Program-made: the position numbers and the translations under genes
Notes under the pieces: generated by a model
Databases searched by the model: none
The model's input: only the letters and a program-made list of their open reading frames with translations
What the model was told of the DNA's origin: nothing
NCBI RefSeq assembly: GCF_009914755.1
Contig: NC_060926.1
Source of the DNA: the human T2T-CHM13v2.0 reference genome, Homo sapiens
Direction: 5' to 3' (one strand)
DNA length: 64,000 nt
Part shown: piece after piece, positions 25,635 through 38,700 of the stretch
How positions within the stretch are numbered: position 1 is the first letter of the stretch
Layout: each line of letters starts with the position of its first letter

Positions 25635-28600
25635 TGATATGGTTTGACTGTGTCCCCGCCCAAACCTCATTTTGAATTGTCATTCCTATAATCCCCACAT
25701 GTCATGGGAGGGACCTGGTGGGAGGTAATTAAATCAGAGGGGTAGTTACCCTCATGCTGTTCTCATGACAATGAGTAAGTTCTCATGACATCTGATGGAT
25801 TATAAGGGGCTTTTGCCCCTTTGCTTGGCACTTCTCTTTGCTGCTGCCATGTGTAAAAGGATGTGTTTGATCCCTCTTCTGCCATGACTGTAAGTGTGCT
25901 GAGGCCTCCCCAGCCATGATGACTGTGAGTCAATTAAACCTCTTTCCTTTATAAATTAGCCAGTTGTGGGTATGTCTTTATTAGCTGCATGAGAATGAAC
26001 TAATACAGTAAATTTGTATGACAGAAAGTGGGGCGCTGCTGTAAAGATGCCCAAAAATGTGAAGGAGATTTTGGGACTGGGTAACAGGCAGAGGCTGGAA
26101 TAGTTTGGAGGGCTCAGATGAAGACAGGAAAATGGGGGAAAATTTGGAATGTCTTAGAGACTTGGAGGGCTCAGAAGACAAAAAGATGTGGTAAAGTTTG
26201 GAATTTCTTAGACACTTGTTAAATGGTTTTGACCAAAATGCTGATGGTGATATGGACAACAAAGTCCAGGCTGAGGTGGTCTCAGATGGAGATGAGAAAC
26301 TTGTTAGGAACTGCAGCAAAGGTGACTGTTTATAATCTTATGCTTTAGCAAAAAGACGGGCAGCATGTTGCCCCTGCCCTAGAGATCTGTGGAACTTTGA
26401 ACTTGAGAGAGATAATTTATGGTATCCAGTGGAAGAAATTTCTAAGCAGCAAAATATTCAAGAAGAAGTGGAGCATAAGAGTTTGGAACATTTGCAGCCT
26501 GACAATGCAATAGAAAAGAAAAATCCATTTTCTAGGGAGAAATTCAAGCTGGCTGCAGAAATTTGTATAAGTAATCAGGAGCCAAATGCTAATTGACAAG
26601 ACAATGAGAAAAATGTCTCCAGGGCATGTCAGAGACCTTCACGGCAGCCACTCCCATCATGGACATGGAGGCCTAGGAGGGAAAAATGTTTTTTGGGCCC
26701 AGGTCCAGGGAACCCCTGCTCTGTGCAGCCTTGGGACTTGGTGCCCTGCATCCAAGCCACTCCAGTCAGTGTTAAAAGGGGCCAAGGTACAGCTCAGGCT
26801 GTGGCTTCAGAGGATACAAGCCTTAAGCCTTGGCAGCCTTCATGTAGTGTTGGGCCTGTGGGTACACAGACATCAGGAAATGAGGTTTGGGAACCTCTGC
26901 CTAGATTTCAGAAGATGTATGAAAATACCTGAATGTTGAGGCAGAAGTCTGCTGCAGGGGTGGAGCCCTGCAGAGAGGCACAGAGAACCTCTGCTAGGGC
27001 AATGCAGAAGGGAAATGTGGGGTTGGAGCCCCCATGTAGAGTCCCTACTGGGGCACTGCCTGTTGGAGCTGTGAGAAGAGGGACACCATCCTCTTGACCC
27101 CAGAATGGTAGATACACCAACAGCCTGCACCATGTGCCTAGAAAAGCCACAGGCTCTCCAGGCCATGAAAGCAGCCAGAAGGGAAGCTGTACCCTGCAAA
27201 GACACAGGAGCAGAGCTGCCAAAGGCTGTGGCAGCCCACTTCTTGCATCAACATGACCTGGACGTGAGACACGGAGTCAAAGGAGATCCTTTTAGGACTT
27301 TAAGGTTCAATGACTGCCCTGCTGGATTTCAGACTTGCATGGGCTTATAGTCCCTTTTTTTTTTTTGGCTAATTTCCACCACTTGGAATGAGTGTATTTA
27401 CCCAATGCCTGTACCTCTATTGTATCTAGGAAGTAACTAACTTGCTTTTGATTTTATAAGGTCATAGGCAGAACGGTCTTGCCTTGTCTCAGACTATGGA
27501 CTTGGACTTTTGTGTTAATGCTAAAATTGATGTAGAAACTTTCTTGGTCACTTTGCCAGTCAGGACCTCCAACTGGCGACATCCACCCTCACCCCCTGCC
27601 TGGGGCTCACTTGGCCCTGGGCCTGCAGCTGGAGTCACCTTGTCCACTCATCTCCCCTTGACTAATATTGGCTGGCAACCAGCTGAGTCTGAGGATGGGC
27701 TGGGAACACCCCAGCCCACCTATATTATATCTTGTACCCACATACGTTGGTTCCTGAGCTCTTGTCCTGTGTCCAAGAAGATGGAGGATACACTGACAGT
27801 TGAAGGGTTAGGATGGGTGGAGAAGAATTTTATTGAGTGATGGAACAGCTCTCAGCAGAGAGGGGAAGCAGCAGGGGGTGGTGCCCCACCCCTGCAGTTG
27901 GGTGGTTTTGTTTTCTCATTGTAGCTGGGTCTGGAGCTTTTCATAAACTCTGAATGGCAAGTGTGTGCTAATTGGTTTGTGAGTATGCAAAAAAGGTTAA
28001 AGTGAAGACATCACTCAAAGGAGGGCAAGACAGTATAGAAAACCAATTAGGAAAGAGTAGGTTTATGTAAAATAGGTGAAGGGTGGGGATCAATCAGAGC
28101 ACAGTATGCCAATGGGAAGACAGGTTCTCAACATGGTCTGAGGATTTAGCTTGGCTTTCAGGCTTTAAACTGTCTTCAGCTTGGAAGTGGAGATTCACTG
28201 CGGACCTACCCCTATCTGCCCAGGCATTTGACTGCCTCCTGTTACTATCAAAATGAGTTAAGACTTTGGGGAACTGTTGGGAAGGCATGATTGTGTTTTG
28301 AAATGTGAGGACATGAAATTTGGAAGGGGACAGAGACAGAATGATATGGTTTGGCTGTGTCCTCTCTGAAATCTCATCTTGAATTGTAGTTCTTATAATC
28401 CCCACATGTCATGGGAGAAACCAGATGTAAGGTAATTTAATCATGGGGGCAGTTACCTTCATGCTGTTCTTGTGATAGTAAGTGAGTTCTCAAGAGGTCT
28501 GATGGTTTTATAAGGGGATTTTTCCCCTTTTACTCAGCACTTCTCCTTGCTGCCGCCATGTGAAGATGGACATGTTTGCTTCCCCTTCCACCAGATTGTA

Positions 28601-28721
28601 AGTTTTCTGAGGCCTCCCCAGCCATGCTGAACTGTGAGTCAATGAAACTTCTTTCCTTTCTTTTATAAATCACCCAGTCTCATGCATGTCTTTGTTAGGC
28701 ACATGATAATGGACTAATAAA
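25635..28721 (+). mobile_element. THE1 (THE1C-like) MaLR provirus: LTR 25635-26007, internal region, LTR 28342-28721
   Basis: Two LTRs TGATATGGTTTG..CTAATACA flank a THE1-int sequence; TSD actag/actat. Confidence 0.93.
27528..28250 (-). mobile_element. ERV1 solo LTR (LTR27-like; LTR1/LTR27/MER52 group) nested in THE1-int
   Basis: Minus strand starts TGATAGTAACAGGAGGCAGTCAAATGCCTGGGCAGATAGGGG; TG..CA ends; 4-bp TSD aaat; THE1-int resumes exactly (GCTAAAAT|GAGTTAAGAC). Confidence 0.8.
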
Positions 28722-28753
28722 ACTATTTTATTAATAAGTGATCAAGTAATCTC

Positions 28754-29046
28754 TTTTTGAGACAGGGTCTTGCTCTGTCAACTGGGCTGGTGTGATCACA
28801 GCTCTCATGCAACCTCCACTTCTGGGGCTCAAGCAATCCTCCCACCTCAGACTCTTGAGTACGTAGGACTAGAGGCTTGCACCACCACACCCAGCTAATT
28901 TTTGTTTATTTGTTAATTTTCTTTTTTGTAGAGATGTGATTTCTCCACGTTTTTTAGTCTGGTCCTGAACTACTGGGGTCTAGTGCTCTGCCTGCCTCAA
29001 CATCCCAAAGTGCTGGAATTACAGGCCTGAGCCACTGCACCCGGCC
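28754..29046 (-). mobile_element. AluJ
   Basis: GAGACAGGGTCTTGCTCTGTC..GCTCAAGCAATCCTCCCACCTCAG..GAGCCACTGCACCCGGCC; diverged. Confidence 0.9.
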
Positions 29047-29739
29047 TAGCTTGTAGTCTCTTGAAGTACAGAATTGAAACTGGCAAAATAAATTGGCTAC
29101 AGGTTTTTAGACTGGATTAAATTAATATATATTATTAAAAAGATCATATTGTCCCATTATTAAAAATTATTTGAAAATAAAGTCAACCATAATCCCAAAA
29201 CACTGATGACCCATTTACTTCTTAAATTATTATTTTCACTTTCTGTTTTGTAGTCAAGGATGTTTTTGCAGTTTATTTATTTATTTTAATCATTTAGGTA
29301 TCAGAGCAAGTATTTCAATCTTCATAGGGTTTACCTCTACCTTAGCTAAAGAGTAAATCTCTGTTACCCTCTCATTGTCATGCTTCCTTATATTTCCTTT
29401 TGTTTGTTTTCCTTTATAAGACCTTTAATATGTAAAATAATTACTTTTTTATGGTTGCTATTTCCTCAGTTGACGTTATCTCTATGAGGGCAGGAATGTT
29501 GCTTATGTTTCCAGATATAGTAATACAAATAATACCTATCCTATAATATATAATAAAAAAATTACTGAGTGAATGAATGAAAAAATCAGAAAAGCTATCA
29601 TAAATTAAGGGCTGATAGTAAAGGTATAAGCTAGCAATTCATATAGCAGTAAAGACTGAAGTCCTTAGTTTTCCAATGATTAGAAAAATATCTATACTCC
29701 AAGGATAATTCTTAGAAAATACTCACCTTTCTTTTAAGG

Positions 29740-32310
29740 ATGGAAATATATTTTTATTGTTTAATGTTATCACATTGTATAAAATGTACTACAATTTGTT
29801 ATTGTTTCAATGATGACCATTTGGCACAGTTCCAATTTGAGATTATTTATGAATAAGATTGCTATGAATATACACACATTTATAAACTTTTGTGTGAACA
29901 TTTTATGGGCATTCTGTTTTGAAGGGTAAATGCCAAGGAGTTGAATGCTAGCTTATAGCATTGGTGTACCCTCATCTTTGTAAGAAACTGCCATATATTT
30001 ATCCAGAATAACTGCACCGTTTTACATTCCCTGTAGACTATGAAATTTCCAGTTGTTCCACATCCTCACCAATACTTGACACTGCAACATTTCTTTATTT
30101 TAACTATTTGTGTGGATAAAAGCTATTATCTCTTTATGAAATAATATCTCTCTGAGGAATAATGATGTCAAACACCTTTTTATGGGTTTATTATTTTTAT
30201 ATAGTAATTTGAGAAGTATTGAATAAAATATTTTTTCTATTGTATTTTTGTTGTTTTTTAAAATTATTAATTTATATAAGTTTTTGTATATTCTGGATGC
30301 AAAGCATTTATCAGTATATTATATATAATACATAATATATAAAATATAATAATATATAAAATATAAATTATATATATACACACACATATACTGAGAATAG
30401 AATGTTTTCTTCCAGTATGTGCATTGCCTGCTTATTTTTTTACTGTGTGTCTCTTTAAGGATAGATATACTCAATTTTGATGAATTTAAATTTAACATTT
30501 CCTTATAATAAGGATAGTGCTTTTTGTCCTATATAAGAAATTTTTATTTAACCTACAGTTGTAAAGATACTCTTATTTTTTATAGAAGCATTACGACCTT
30601 AGCTATGATTCTTTTAAGTCTATTATCCATCTCAAATTAAATTTTGTCTATCAAGTAAAATAGAGTTCAAAGTTCATTTTTTTCCATATGGATATCCAAC
30701 TGTTACAGCAGCATTTGTTGAAAAGCCTTTCCTTTTCTCACTGAATTACACTGGCTCCTTTGTCAAAAATCAGTTGACTATATATGTGTGATTTTTATTT
30801 CCGGACTCTATCCCTGTTTCTGATTTTAAGGAGAAAGCATACGTGCTAGCATTAAGGGTAATGTTATCTATAGAATTTTTTTTTTCATAGATGTCTTTTC
30901 TAAAATAGAAGAAGATATTGTCTATTCCTAGTTTACTAAAAGATCATTATAGTGAATGGCTGCTGAATTTTGTCAATTGTTTTTTTCTGCTTTTAGTGAT
31001 TAATCATATGATTTCCCCCTTATTCTATAATGTGATGATTTAAACATTGATTAATTTTTGAACCTAGGATTTTGTGAAGAATTTTTGTGTCTATGCTGGT
31101 CTTGTTTTTGTTTTGCTATTATAATGCATTCTCTAGTTTTCTTATTAGAGTCATCATGGATCATAAAATGAATCAACAAATGTTACTTCTTCCTTTTTCA
31201 TTTTCTGAAATCATTTGTATAAGATTGATGTTGTATCCTACTTTAATGTATGATGGAATTGACTGGTCAAGAGAAATGGGACCAGAGTTATTTTTTTTAA
31301 GGTTTTTTTTTTTTTATGAGAAATTCTATTTTTTAAAAAGAAACTTTTCCATTTCTTCTTGGTATTAAATACATTGCTATAAAGTTGTCTCTTATGTTTT
31401 TCTTCCTTTTGATGTCTGTGGAATCTGTGGTAATGTCCTTTCTTTCATTCTTAATATTGCTATTGGTGCTTTCTCTTTTTATTATTTGATTAGTTTTGCA
31501 AGGGCTATGACAACTGTATTAATATTTTTTTGTTTACTTTGTGATCTTTTTATTTATTTCCTATCTGCTATTTTATTGATTTCTACATTCATGTTTATTT
31601 TTCTTCTGTTTACTTTTGACTTAATATGCTTTGTTTCTCCAGCTTTTTAAGTTAGAAGCTTAGAATTTTTTATTTAAAATATTCAATATACCCATTACAT
31701 ATTATAATTATTTCTATAAATACTGCTTTATCTAATAGGTTTTTACATGTTTTGTTTTAATCTTCATTCAGTGCTAAATATTTTCTTCTTTTCCATGTAA
31801 ACTTTTAGTTCATAACAAATGCAGAAATGTGTTTATTAATTTTCAAGTATTTGGATATTTTATAAATATTATTGAATTTTATTTATTAGGGGTTATTAAA
31901 AAACACACTCTGCCTGAAATTTCCTGAGACTTCTATTATGGCCCAATTTGTTCATCTTGGTCAGTGTTCCATGTGAAATTGAAAATAATGTGTATTCTGA
32001 TGTTGATGGGTGTAGAGCTCTGTGTATTTCATGAAGTGAACTCTTTATTTCTGATATATTTTTTTCAATTCTGAAATTTCCATTGAAGTCTTTTGTATCA
32101 TTTCTCTGTTGAAATTACCTGTTTATGCATTAGTCCACCTGTAACACTAGATGCTTTAATACACCTACCATTGTTATCTTACAATTTTTCCTTTCTAATT
32201 CTAACATCTGGACCATCTATGGATCACATTGTATTGACTATTTTACTTTTGACAAGTCCCTTTTTCCTACTTCACTGTATCTCTCAAAAGATACATATTT
32301 GCCAAACTTT
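29740..32310 (-). mobile_element. Ancient L1M LINE relic with internal deletions
   Basis: T-rich antisense L1 motifs (CCAGTTGTTCCACATCCTCACCAATAC, GGATATCCAACTGTT..CATTTGTTGAAAAG, CCTTTGTCAAAAATCAGTTGAC). Confidence 0.8.
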
Positions 32311-32322
32311 ATCTTTACATCT

Positions 32323-32763
32323 TGTGATGGTTAATACTGAGTGTCAACTCGATTGGATGCAAAGTATTGATCCTGGGTGTGTCTGAGTTTGCTGCCAAAG
32401 GAGATTAATTTAACATTTGAGTCCGTGAGCTGGGTAAAACAGACTCATCCTTAATCTGAGTGGGCAGCATCTAATCAGCTGCCAGCACAGCTTTGATAAA
32501 AGCAGGCAGAAGAACATGAAAAGGCTAGGCTGGCTTAGCCTCCCAGCCTACATCTTTCTCCCAGCCTGGATGCTTCCTGCTCTTGAACATCAGACTCCAG
32601 GTTCTTCAGTTTTGGACTCGGACTGGCTTTCTTGCTCCTCAGACTGCAGACAGCCTATTGTAAGACCTTATGATTGTGTGAGTTATTACTCCTTAATAAA
32701 CTCCACTTTTTATATACATGTATCCTATTAGTTCTGTCTCTCTAGAGAACCCTGATTAATATA
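32323..32763 (+). mobile_element. MLT2A1/MLT2A2 solo LTR (HERV-L)
   Basis: TGTGATGGTTAATACTGAGTGTCAACT..CTAGAGAACCCTGATTAATATA; perfect 5-bp TSD catct. Confidence 0.92.
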
Positions 32764-33056
32764 CATCTTAAAACAATGAGTAGAAACGGAAATGAATGAA
32801 ATATGTCCCCCAGAAAAGAGCGTATCTCTTGCTCTCTCAGGCTGCTAATGAAGGAGGATGAGCCACTTTAATTGGTGATTTTGCTCAGCCTTGGATTTAT
32901 TGCACCATTAGATCGATTCAGTTTACCTCTGTCCTTATATTTAAAAGATGTGGTATTAAGACATTTTATTTGTTAGGTTTTGGGTTGTGAGCCCTAGTGA
33001 GATCTTCAGATTTCTTGATGCTTTATAACCTAATTAGCAGTTTCCTGATTTGTCAA

Positions 33057-33059
<3 letters not shown>

Positions 33060-33104
<45 letters not shown>

Positions 33105-33123
33105 GTCTGTCTCTCTCTCTCTC
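33060..33123. repeat. (CT)n microsatellite
   Basis: Seen directly. Confidence 0.9.
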
Positions 33124-33829
33124 CTTTATATCACAGCCAATAGCTTTTTGACTTGCTGGGGAATTCTCTTTACTTTCCAGCCCTTTCTGTTCCTCAGGAA
33201 ATACAGCCTTTGGTTATCTCCGCAGTACACTCTGTGAATTTTGATGCATTTTAGGGTTATTTCTCTGCCCTTCTTTCCTGCTCCCAGCGATTAGCAGGAT
33301 TATGCTTTGTTACTTGGTGAAAGTGGTATGTGTTTTGAGGCATCACTCTTTTCCTGTCCTCACAGTTTTCAGCATTCCCCTTGCTACCACTGTATACTGT
33401 AGGCCCACAGTAAAAAGTCAGTGTATAAAAGTACACTTATTTTGTTACTAGAGATCCCTGGGATTCTAGGCCATCATGACAGTCACAATGTTATTACTTC
33501 CCATTTAATAGAGACTATTATAATCCTTTAATGCTAGAAGAATCTGTCCACTGTCATTGGAAGTTGTTACCCTACAGTGAAAACTGAAAGCTTATATTTA
33601 TTGACAGAAAATGACAGTAAATTGGGATACCTGAGCTTGGACTTTAAGTATATTGTCTTACAAATTCTGATGAAGTCTATGAATGCTATATATTTACAAT
33701 TAGGCACAAAATGTGAGGGGATGATGCCCTGCTAAGAAAAATAGCAATAGAATTTATATTTTGTTTATTTCTCAGGTATAGGAACAAGAGTGATGCACAC
33801 ACTTGTTTTCTTTTCCTTTCTTCTCTTTT

Positions 33830-34093
33830 CTTTTCAAGGATACAATACATTTTATTAACTGCAATCACCATGCTGTGCTTTAGGTCTCCAGAACTTATTC
33901 ATCTTATAACTGAAAGTTGATACCATACAGCAATCATCTCTCCCCTTCCCTCACCTTCCAGCCCCTAGTAACCACTATTTACTCCTTTTGGTGTGAGTTT
34001 GACTTTTTAAATTAATTTAATTTAATTTTAAGTTCTGGGATACATGTGAAGGACGCACAGGTTTGTTACATAGGTAAACGTGTGCCACGGTGG
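33830..34093 (-). mobile_element. Two abutting L1 3'-end fragments (L1MA-like ~33830-34010; L1PA-like ~34010-34093)
   Basis: CACCATGCTGT..CCAGAACTTATTCATCTTATAACTGAAA, then TTTTAAGTTCTGGGATACATGTG..CAGGTTTGTTACATAGGTAAACGTGTGCCA. Confidence 0.8.
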
Positions 34094-34853
34094 GCAAACA
34101 CTTCTTTTCTAATTTCTAAAGGTCAGTGTTTTGAGACTTTACATGCATTGTCCTAGAAGCTGAGCAGATGTTTCTGTGGGCTAAAATACATAAGAGAGAC
34201 CTATAGGAAATAAGAGCTCAACTGGGAGACAGTGGTATTGATAGAGGCTGAAAACAAAAATGAACCAATATTTTAATAAGTCATCTCTCTGAAGAGCAAG
34301 ACAGTGAAGGGATTCGCTTATAAGTTGTGAGATGGAAACCAGGGATTGCAAACAAAGCAGCATGTTTAAAACAGAGGATATGGACAGAAACCATAAATAA
34401 GAACAAAGACTGCCCTGATAGCTGCAGCAGTTATTTTTTTATTTTTTAAATAGGTTTCCTGTAGTCTTAGGCACTGGGAAGAATGCCAATATTATTTGCC
34501 ATGCCCCTATGGTCTATGAATGTACCATGATCTTTCTATTGTAGTGTCTTTGCTTTTTCTGCCTAACATAGTTTCTCATCTTCCTTAACCTTTAACCTGA
34601 CCAACTTCTTTTCAACCACTGGGATTCAGCGTAGATGATGTCTCCTGAAATGAAGCCCCCCTTAATTTGATGATTCTTATTTATTCTTCTTCTGGTCTCA
34701 GATTCTTCTAAGTTGTCTGATCAGGAATAAAAAACTGTAGAGCAAAGTCCACATCGTATTTGTTATCTGTCTCCCTCGCCATTGGCAAAGCCCCGATACA
34801 TAGTGAGTGCTTAGTGATAATTAAATGCTGTAGATAGTAATTGGGTATTTGTA

Positions 34854-35146
34854 TTTTTTTTCTCTTTTTGAGACAAGGTCTCACTCTATTGCCCAGACTG
34901 GAGCATATTGGTGTGATCTCAGCTCACTGCAGCCTCCTCCTCCCAGGCTTAAGCAATCCTCTCACCTCAGCTTCCCTAGGAGCTGGCACTATAGGTGCAT
35001 ATCACCTGGCTAATTTTTAAATTTTTTGTAGAGATGAGGTCTCACCATGTTGCCCAGACTGGTCTCGAACTCCTGGGCTCAAGTGATCTACCTGCTTTGG
35101 CCTCTCAAAGTGCTGGGATTACAGGTGTGAGGCACCCCACCCAGCC
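34854..35146 (-). mobile_element. AluJ
   Basis: GAGACAAGGTCTCACTCT..CTCCTGGGCTCAAGTGATC..CCCAGCC. Confidence 0.92.
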
Positions 35147-36070
35147 ATATTTTTTCTTATCTCAGGGAAATCTTTCTAGAAGGGAAGAATGCTGTGAAGA
35201 AACCTCTTTTTCGGAAAGAAGTGAGAAGTTTGAAGCAAAGTGAGCTACTTGGGAGATGCTTGGTTGTGTAGTCCCTACCTGACAAGCCTTTCTCCCCAAT
35301 ACCCAGCCTCAGATCAGTTTGCTGTGATATGCAGTGCTTGGCATCCCCACCATGAAGATGACAGGGTACACTGAATCCAGATGAAAGGAGGACCCCACAT
35401 TCTCTTATATTCTTCCTATACTTTATAGAGAGGAACTTTAATGCAGCCAATCAACTGTCTCACTACTAATTATCTAATGACTCTCCCATAGTTAAAGTCA
35501 CATGAGACATTTTGTGCCTCTTTTTGTATCAGCCAATAGTCTATATTTCAGAATTGCCTAATTTTCTCAAGGATTTTAGATTGTTTTTCCTCATCACGTT
35601 ATTTTGATACTTTTCAAACTATGATACAGAAAAGTATCATAGATATGAGGGCTTTAGGTGTGCATATTTGAGGGAATGTGCATATTTGAGGGAAATACAG
35701 AGTTGGTTTTGGAAAAAAATTAAGTTTGCAAGGGTTACCACTACTGACATTGAAAATAACTGCAGAATGTGATATATTTCACTGTTTATGCCCAGTTGAG
35801 CAGGGAAAAAAATTCTATATTAAAATTAAAAACTTTCAAAAAGATCTTAAACCATGTAGGTATATTAAAAAAAAAAAAAAACTTGGCAAAATTAGAGCTC
35901 CAGACACTAAACCACAAAAACTTGGATTACAGAATAATTAAACAATGGTAATGAATATGGTAAAAAAAAAAATGTTCCCAATAACTTTGCATTTCCTAAT
36001 ATCAATATTCATGACAAATCTGAAGAATAATTATCCTTACTTTTTATATAAGAAATCTAAATAAGTTGTA

Positions 36071-36115
36071 CAATATATATTCTGCTGAGTTAACAACTCA
36101 GCAGAATATATATTG
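36071..36115. repeat. Perfect inverted repeat, 21-bp arms and 3-nt spacer
   Basis: CAATATATATTCTGCTGAGTT-AAC-AACTCAGCAGAATATATATTG. Confidence 0.97.
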
Positions 36116-36479
36116 ATATTCAGTTAATTTGCTTTTAATACCCATTTTCCCTGTTAAATATTCCTTTCCAACTGCTCTGTGTGTTACTCACCCCAATAGT
36201 ATCACATAAATGTTTTTGGATTTGAGTACTGAATAGTGAAGGGGGTAGCACAGTAAGTTAAAGATATTTGGATATCAAAAAGTATTTTCAACAGGAGAAA
36301 CAAGAAAAAGGTAAACCTAAGCACAAAGCAAGACAGTCCTTCCTGGAAGGAGAGTTAGCTACCTCATCGCTGCATTAAGAGATTTTACTTTATACACAAT
36401 AGACAAATAGTAAATATTATTATAAGCTTACCAAAATATTTTTTTCCACTTCATAAGCTCTCTGAGTCAAGTATTGGAA

Positions 36480-37670
36480 TACCTCAGTTCTTACATTTGG
36501 AATGCTCTAGGGATCAGTCCTCAAGTCTTTTCTATTTGTACTCACACTCCTGGTAGTGTCATGCAAACTCATGGCTTTAATATCCTCTATATGACAACTA
36601 ATTGTGAATTACATTTTCAGTTTAGGCCTCTCTCCAAAATTCCAGGCTTAGGTATCTGACATCTCCTCAACAGGTCCTTTGGAACATGTAATTAAAAACC
36701 TGTCCAAAAACAAACTTCTTATCTGCCAAAAAGCATGCTCCAGTTACAGCCATTCTTGTACAAGGAAAAAAAAAAAGAATTTCACATGGATCAGTTTAGG
36801 TCAAAATCATTAAATTGTTCTCTGGAATTTTTGTTTTTCTGTCATATCTCACCTTACATTTTTTACTAAATCCCGTAGATTTTGATGTTAAAATATTTTC
36901 AGAGCCCATCTGTTCCTTGCCCTCTTTACTGCTAGTAACTGAAACTACCATGATCTCTTGCTTGGATCATAAAATGGCCTCTGAAATGTTCTCTAACTTT
37001 TTGCTCTTGACCTTTTGTATCCATTCTAAACACATAAGACCAAATGACCCTTATAATATCATGCCATAGCATGTCACTACTCTGCTCAAAACCTTGCCAT
37101 TGTCAAAGTCCATGCAAGGCCCTGCAGGACCTGGCCTCCTGGCCTCTCTGACCTTATCATTCTGCTCCAGCCACACTGGACCCCTCAACCATGCCAGGTT
37201 TGTTATAGTTTTATTAAGCCTCTTGTTCTAACTATTTCTTCCAAGAGGGAAAGTTTGTCAAGATACATACAGTGGCTAATTCCTCATATCTATAAAATTT
37301 TCCTTCAAATCTCTCTACCCAATTACCACTTTATTTAACGCTGAAACTTACTCGTCCTTATTCAACTCTCTTTCCCCTTATTCTGTTTTTTATTTTTAAA
37401 ATAACACCTAACTACCTTCTAATATATTGTGTAATTTACTTCTCTATTATACTCAATTTAATTAAATTCTCTATTTAATTACATATAAATTATTATATTT
37501 AATATATATTAAATTTCTCTATTATATTTAATTTCATTATCTGCCCTTACTCCAAAATATAAGCTCCACAGTGAAGTTCTTTCTCAATTTTGTTCATTAC
37601 TATATTCCATGTACATAGAACTCTGCCTAGCACACAGGCTGACACAAAATAAATATTTGCTGAATTAATG
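36480..37670 (+). mobile_element. L2 LINE relic including its 3' end
   Basis: CTCATGGCTTTAA, TCTGCTCAAAACC, TCCAGCCACACTGG, TAAGCTCCA, GCCTAGCACA..AAATATTTGCTGAATTAATG. Confidence 0.75.
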
Positions 37671-38494
37671 TTGCATCGCCTCAGGCCTCTAACGGTGTGA
37701 CATTCCATGGATGATTAAAGATATAACTATAAGCCTCAGCCTTTATGAATCAAATTTATGCTTTTGAAAAAATTCTAAGTTAGCCTACAGATGCTAACAA
37801 TGAACCAGTCCAATTGCAAAGCTAAAGTTAGAAGAAAAAACAGGATAATGTATTTATTTTACTCTTATTCACATCAGAATTCAACTGTAATATGTGAAAT
37901 CATTTCAGGGTCTGGCCAGTTCCCTTGACTTAAACACATTGCTTCAAATATTTTTTGAAATTGGTATCTGTAGAAATACATAACTATAACAATGTCTTGT
38001 CTTTACAAAGATTTATAGCAATGTTATTTGCTCTAATAGACTTTAAACTCCATCTGTAGTAGATACACTGTCTTATTTTAGGTCTGACTGATAGTCACAT
38101 GCACTCACCTATCTTCAGATATACAATACCAATTGCTTCTTATATGTCCATCATTTCCACTTACATTGATAAACTATTTGTCTCAACAAAAATAACATTC
38201 CATCCTGAACTTCTACAAAATCCAAAGCCAGGAGAACTAAATTCTAATTATGATGGTGCTGTGTCACCTTGCGCAAGCCAAACAACTTTTTTAACAAAAA
38301 TAAAACATGTATTATATGCATATTGCCATACCCTTTATGGACCCTGGTGAATCTCTGAGGGTAGACATGTCAGTATTGTTTTGAATGCAAGATCCCAGGT
38401 AGCTTCTACCAGTCCTTGTTACATAGGATAAAACTCACTAAACACTTCTTGAAATAGTATCTGTTATTAACATTGCTAAAAAACACTGTTTTTT

Positions 38495-38700
38495 AATTCG
38501 CTACCATGTGTCAGGCACAATTTTATTCTCTATTATGCATTATCTTAATCATAATATCACTGTAAAGCAAGGATTGTTAGTGATATTTTATCAAAAATAA
38601 AACTGAATATTAAGAAGTTATTAATTTTCCCAGTCATGAAGCTAGTAAAAGGTTAATATGAGCCTTGACCTCAGGTTTCTTTGCCTCTGAGCCTTGACTT
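38495..38700 (-). mobile_element. MIR SINE relic
   Basis: CTACCATGTGTCAGGCACA..AAAACTGA..AGAAGTTA..CCCAGTCATGAAGCTAGTAA. Confidence 0.6.

Noticed and set aside
25981-27840. ORFs in the THE1 internal region (also 61640-62499)
   Set aside because: Fragmented MaLR internal sequence with no intact reading frame.
36071-36115. Palindrome as a pre-miRNA or terminator
   Set aside because: The 3-nt loop and lack of an extended basal stem do not fit Drosha substrates; intrinsic terminators do not apply to human DNA.
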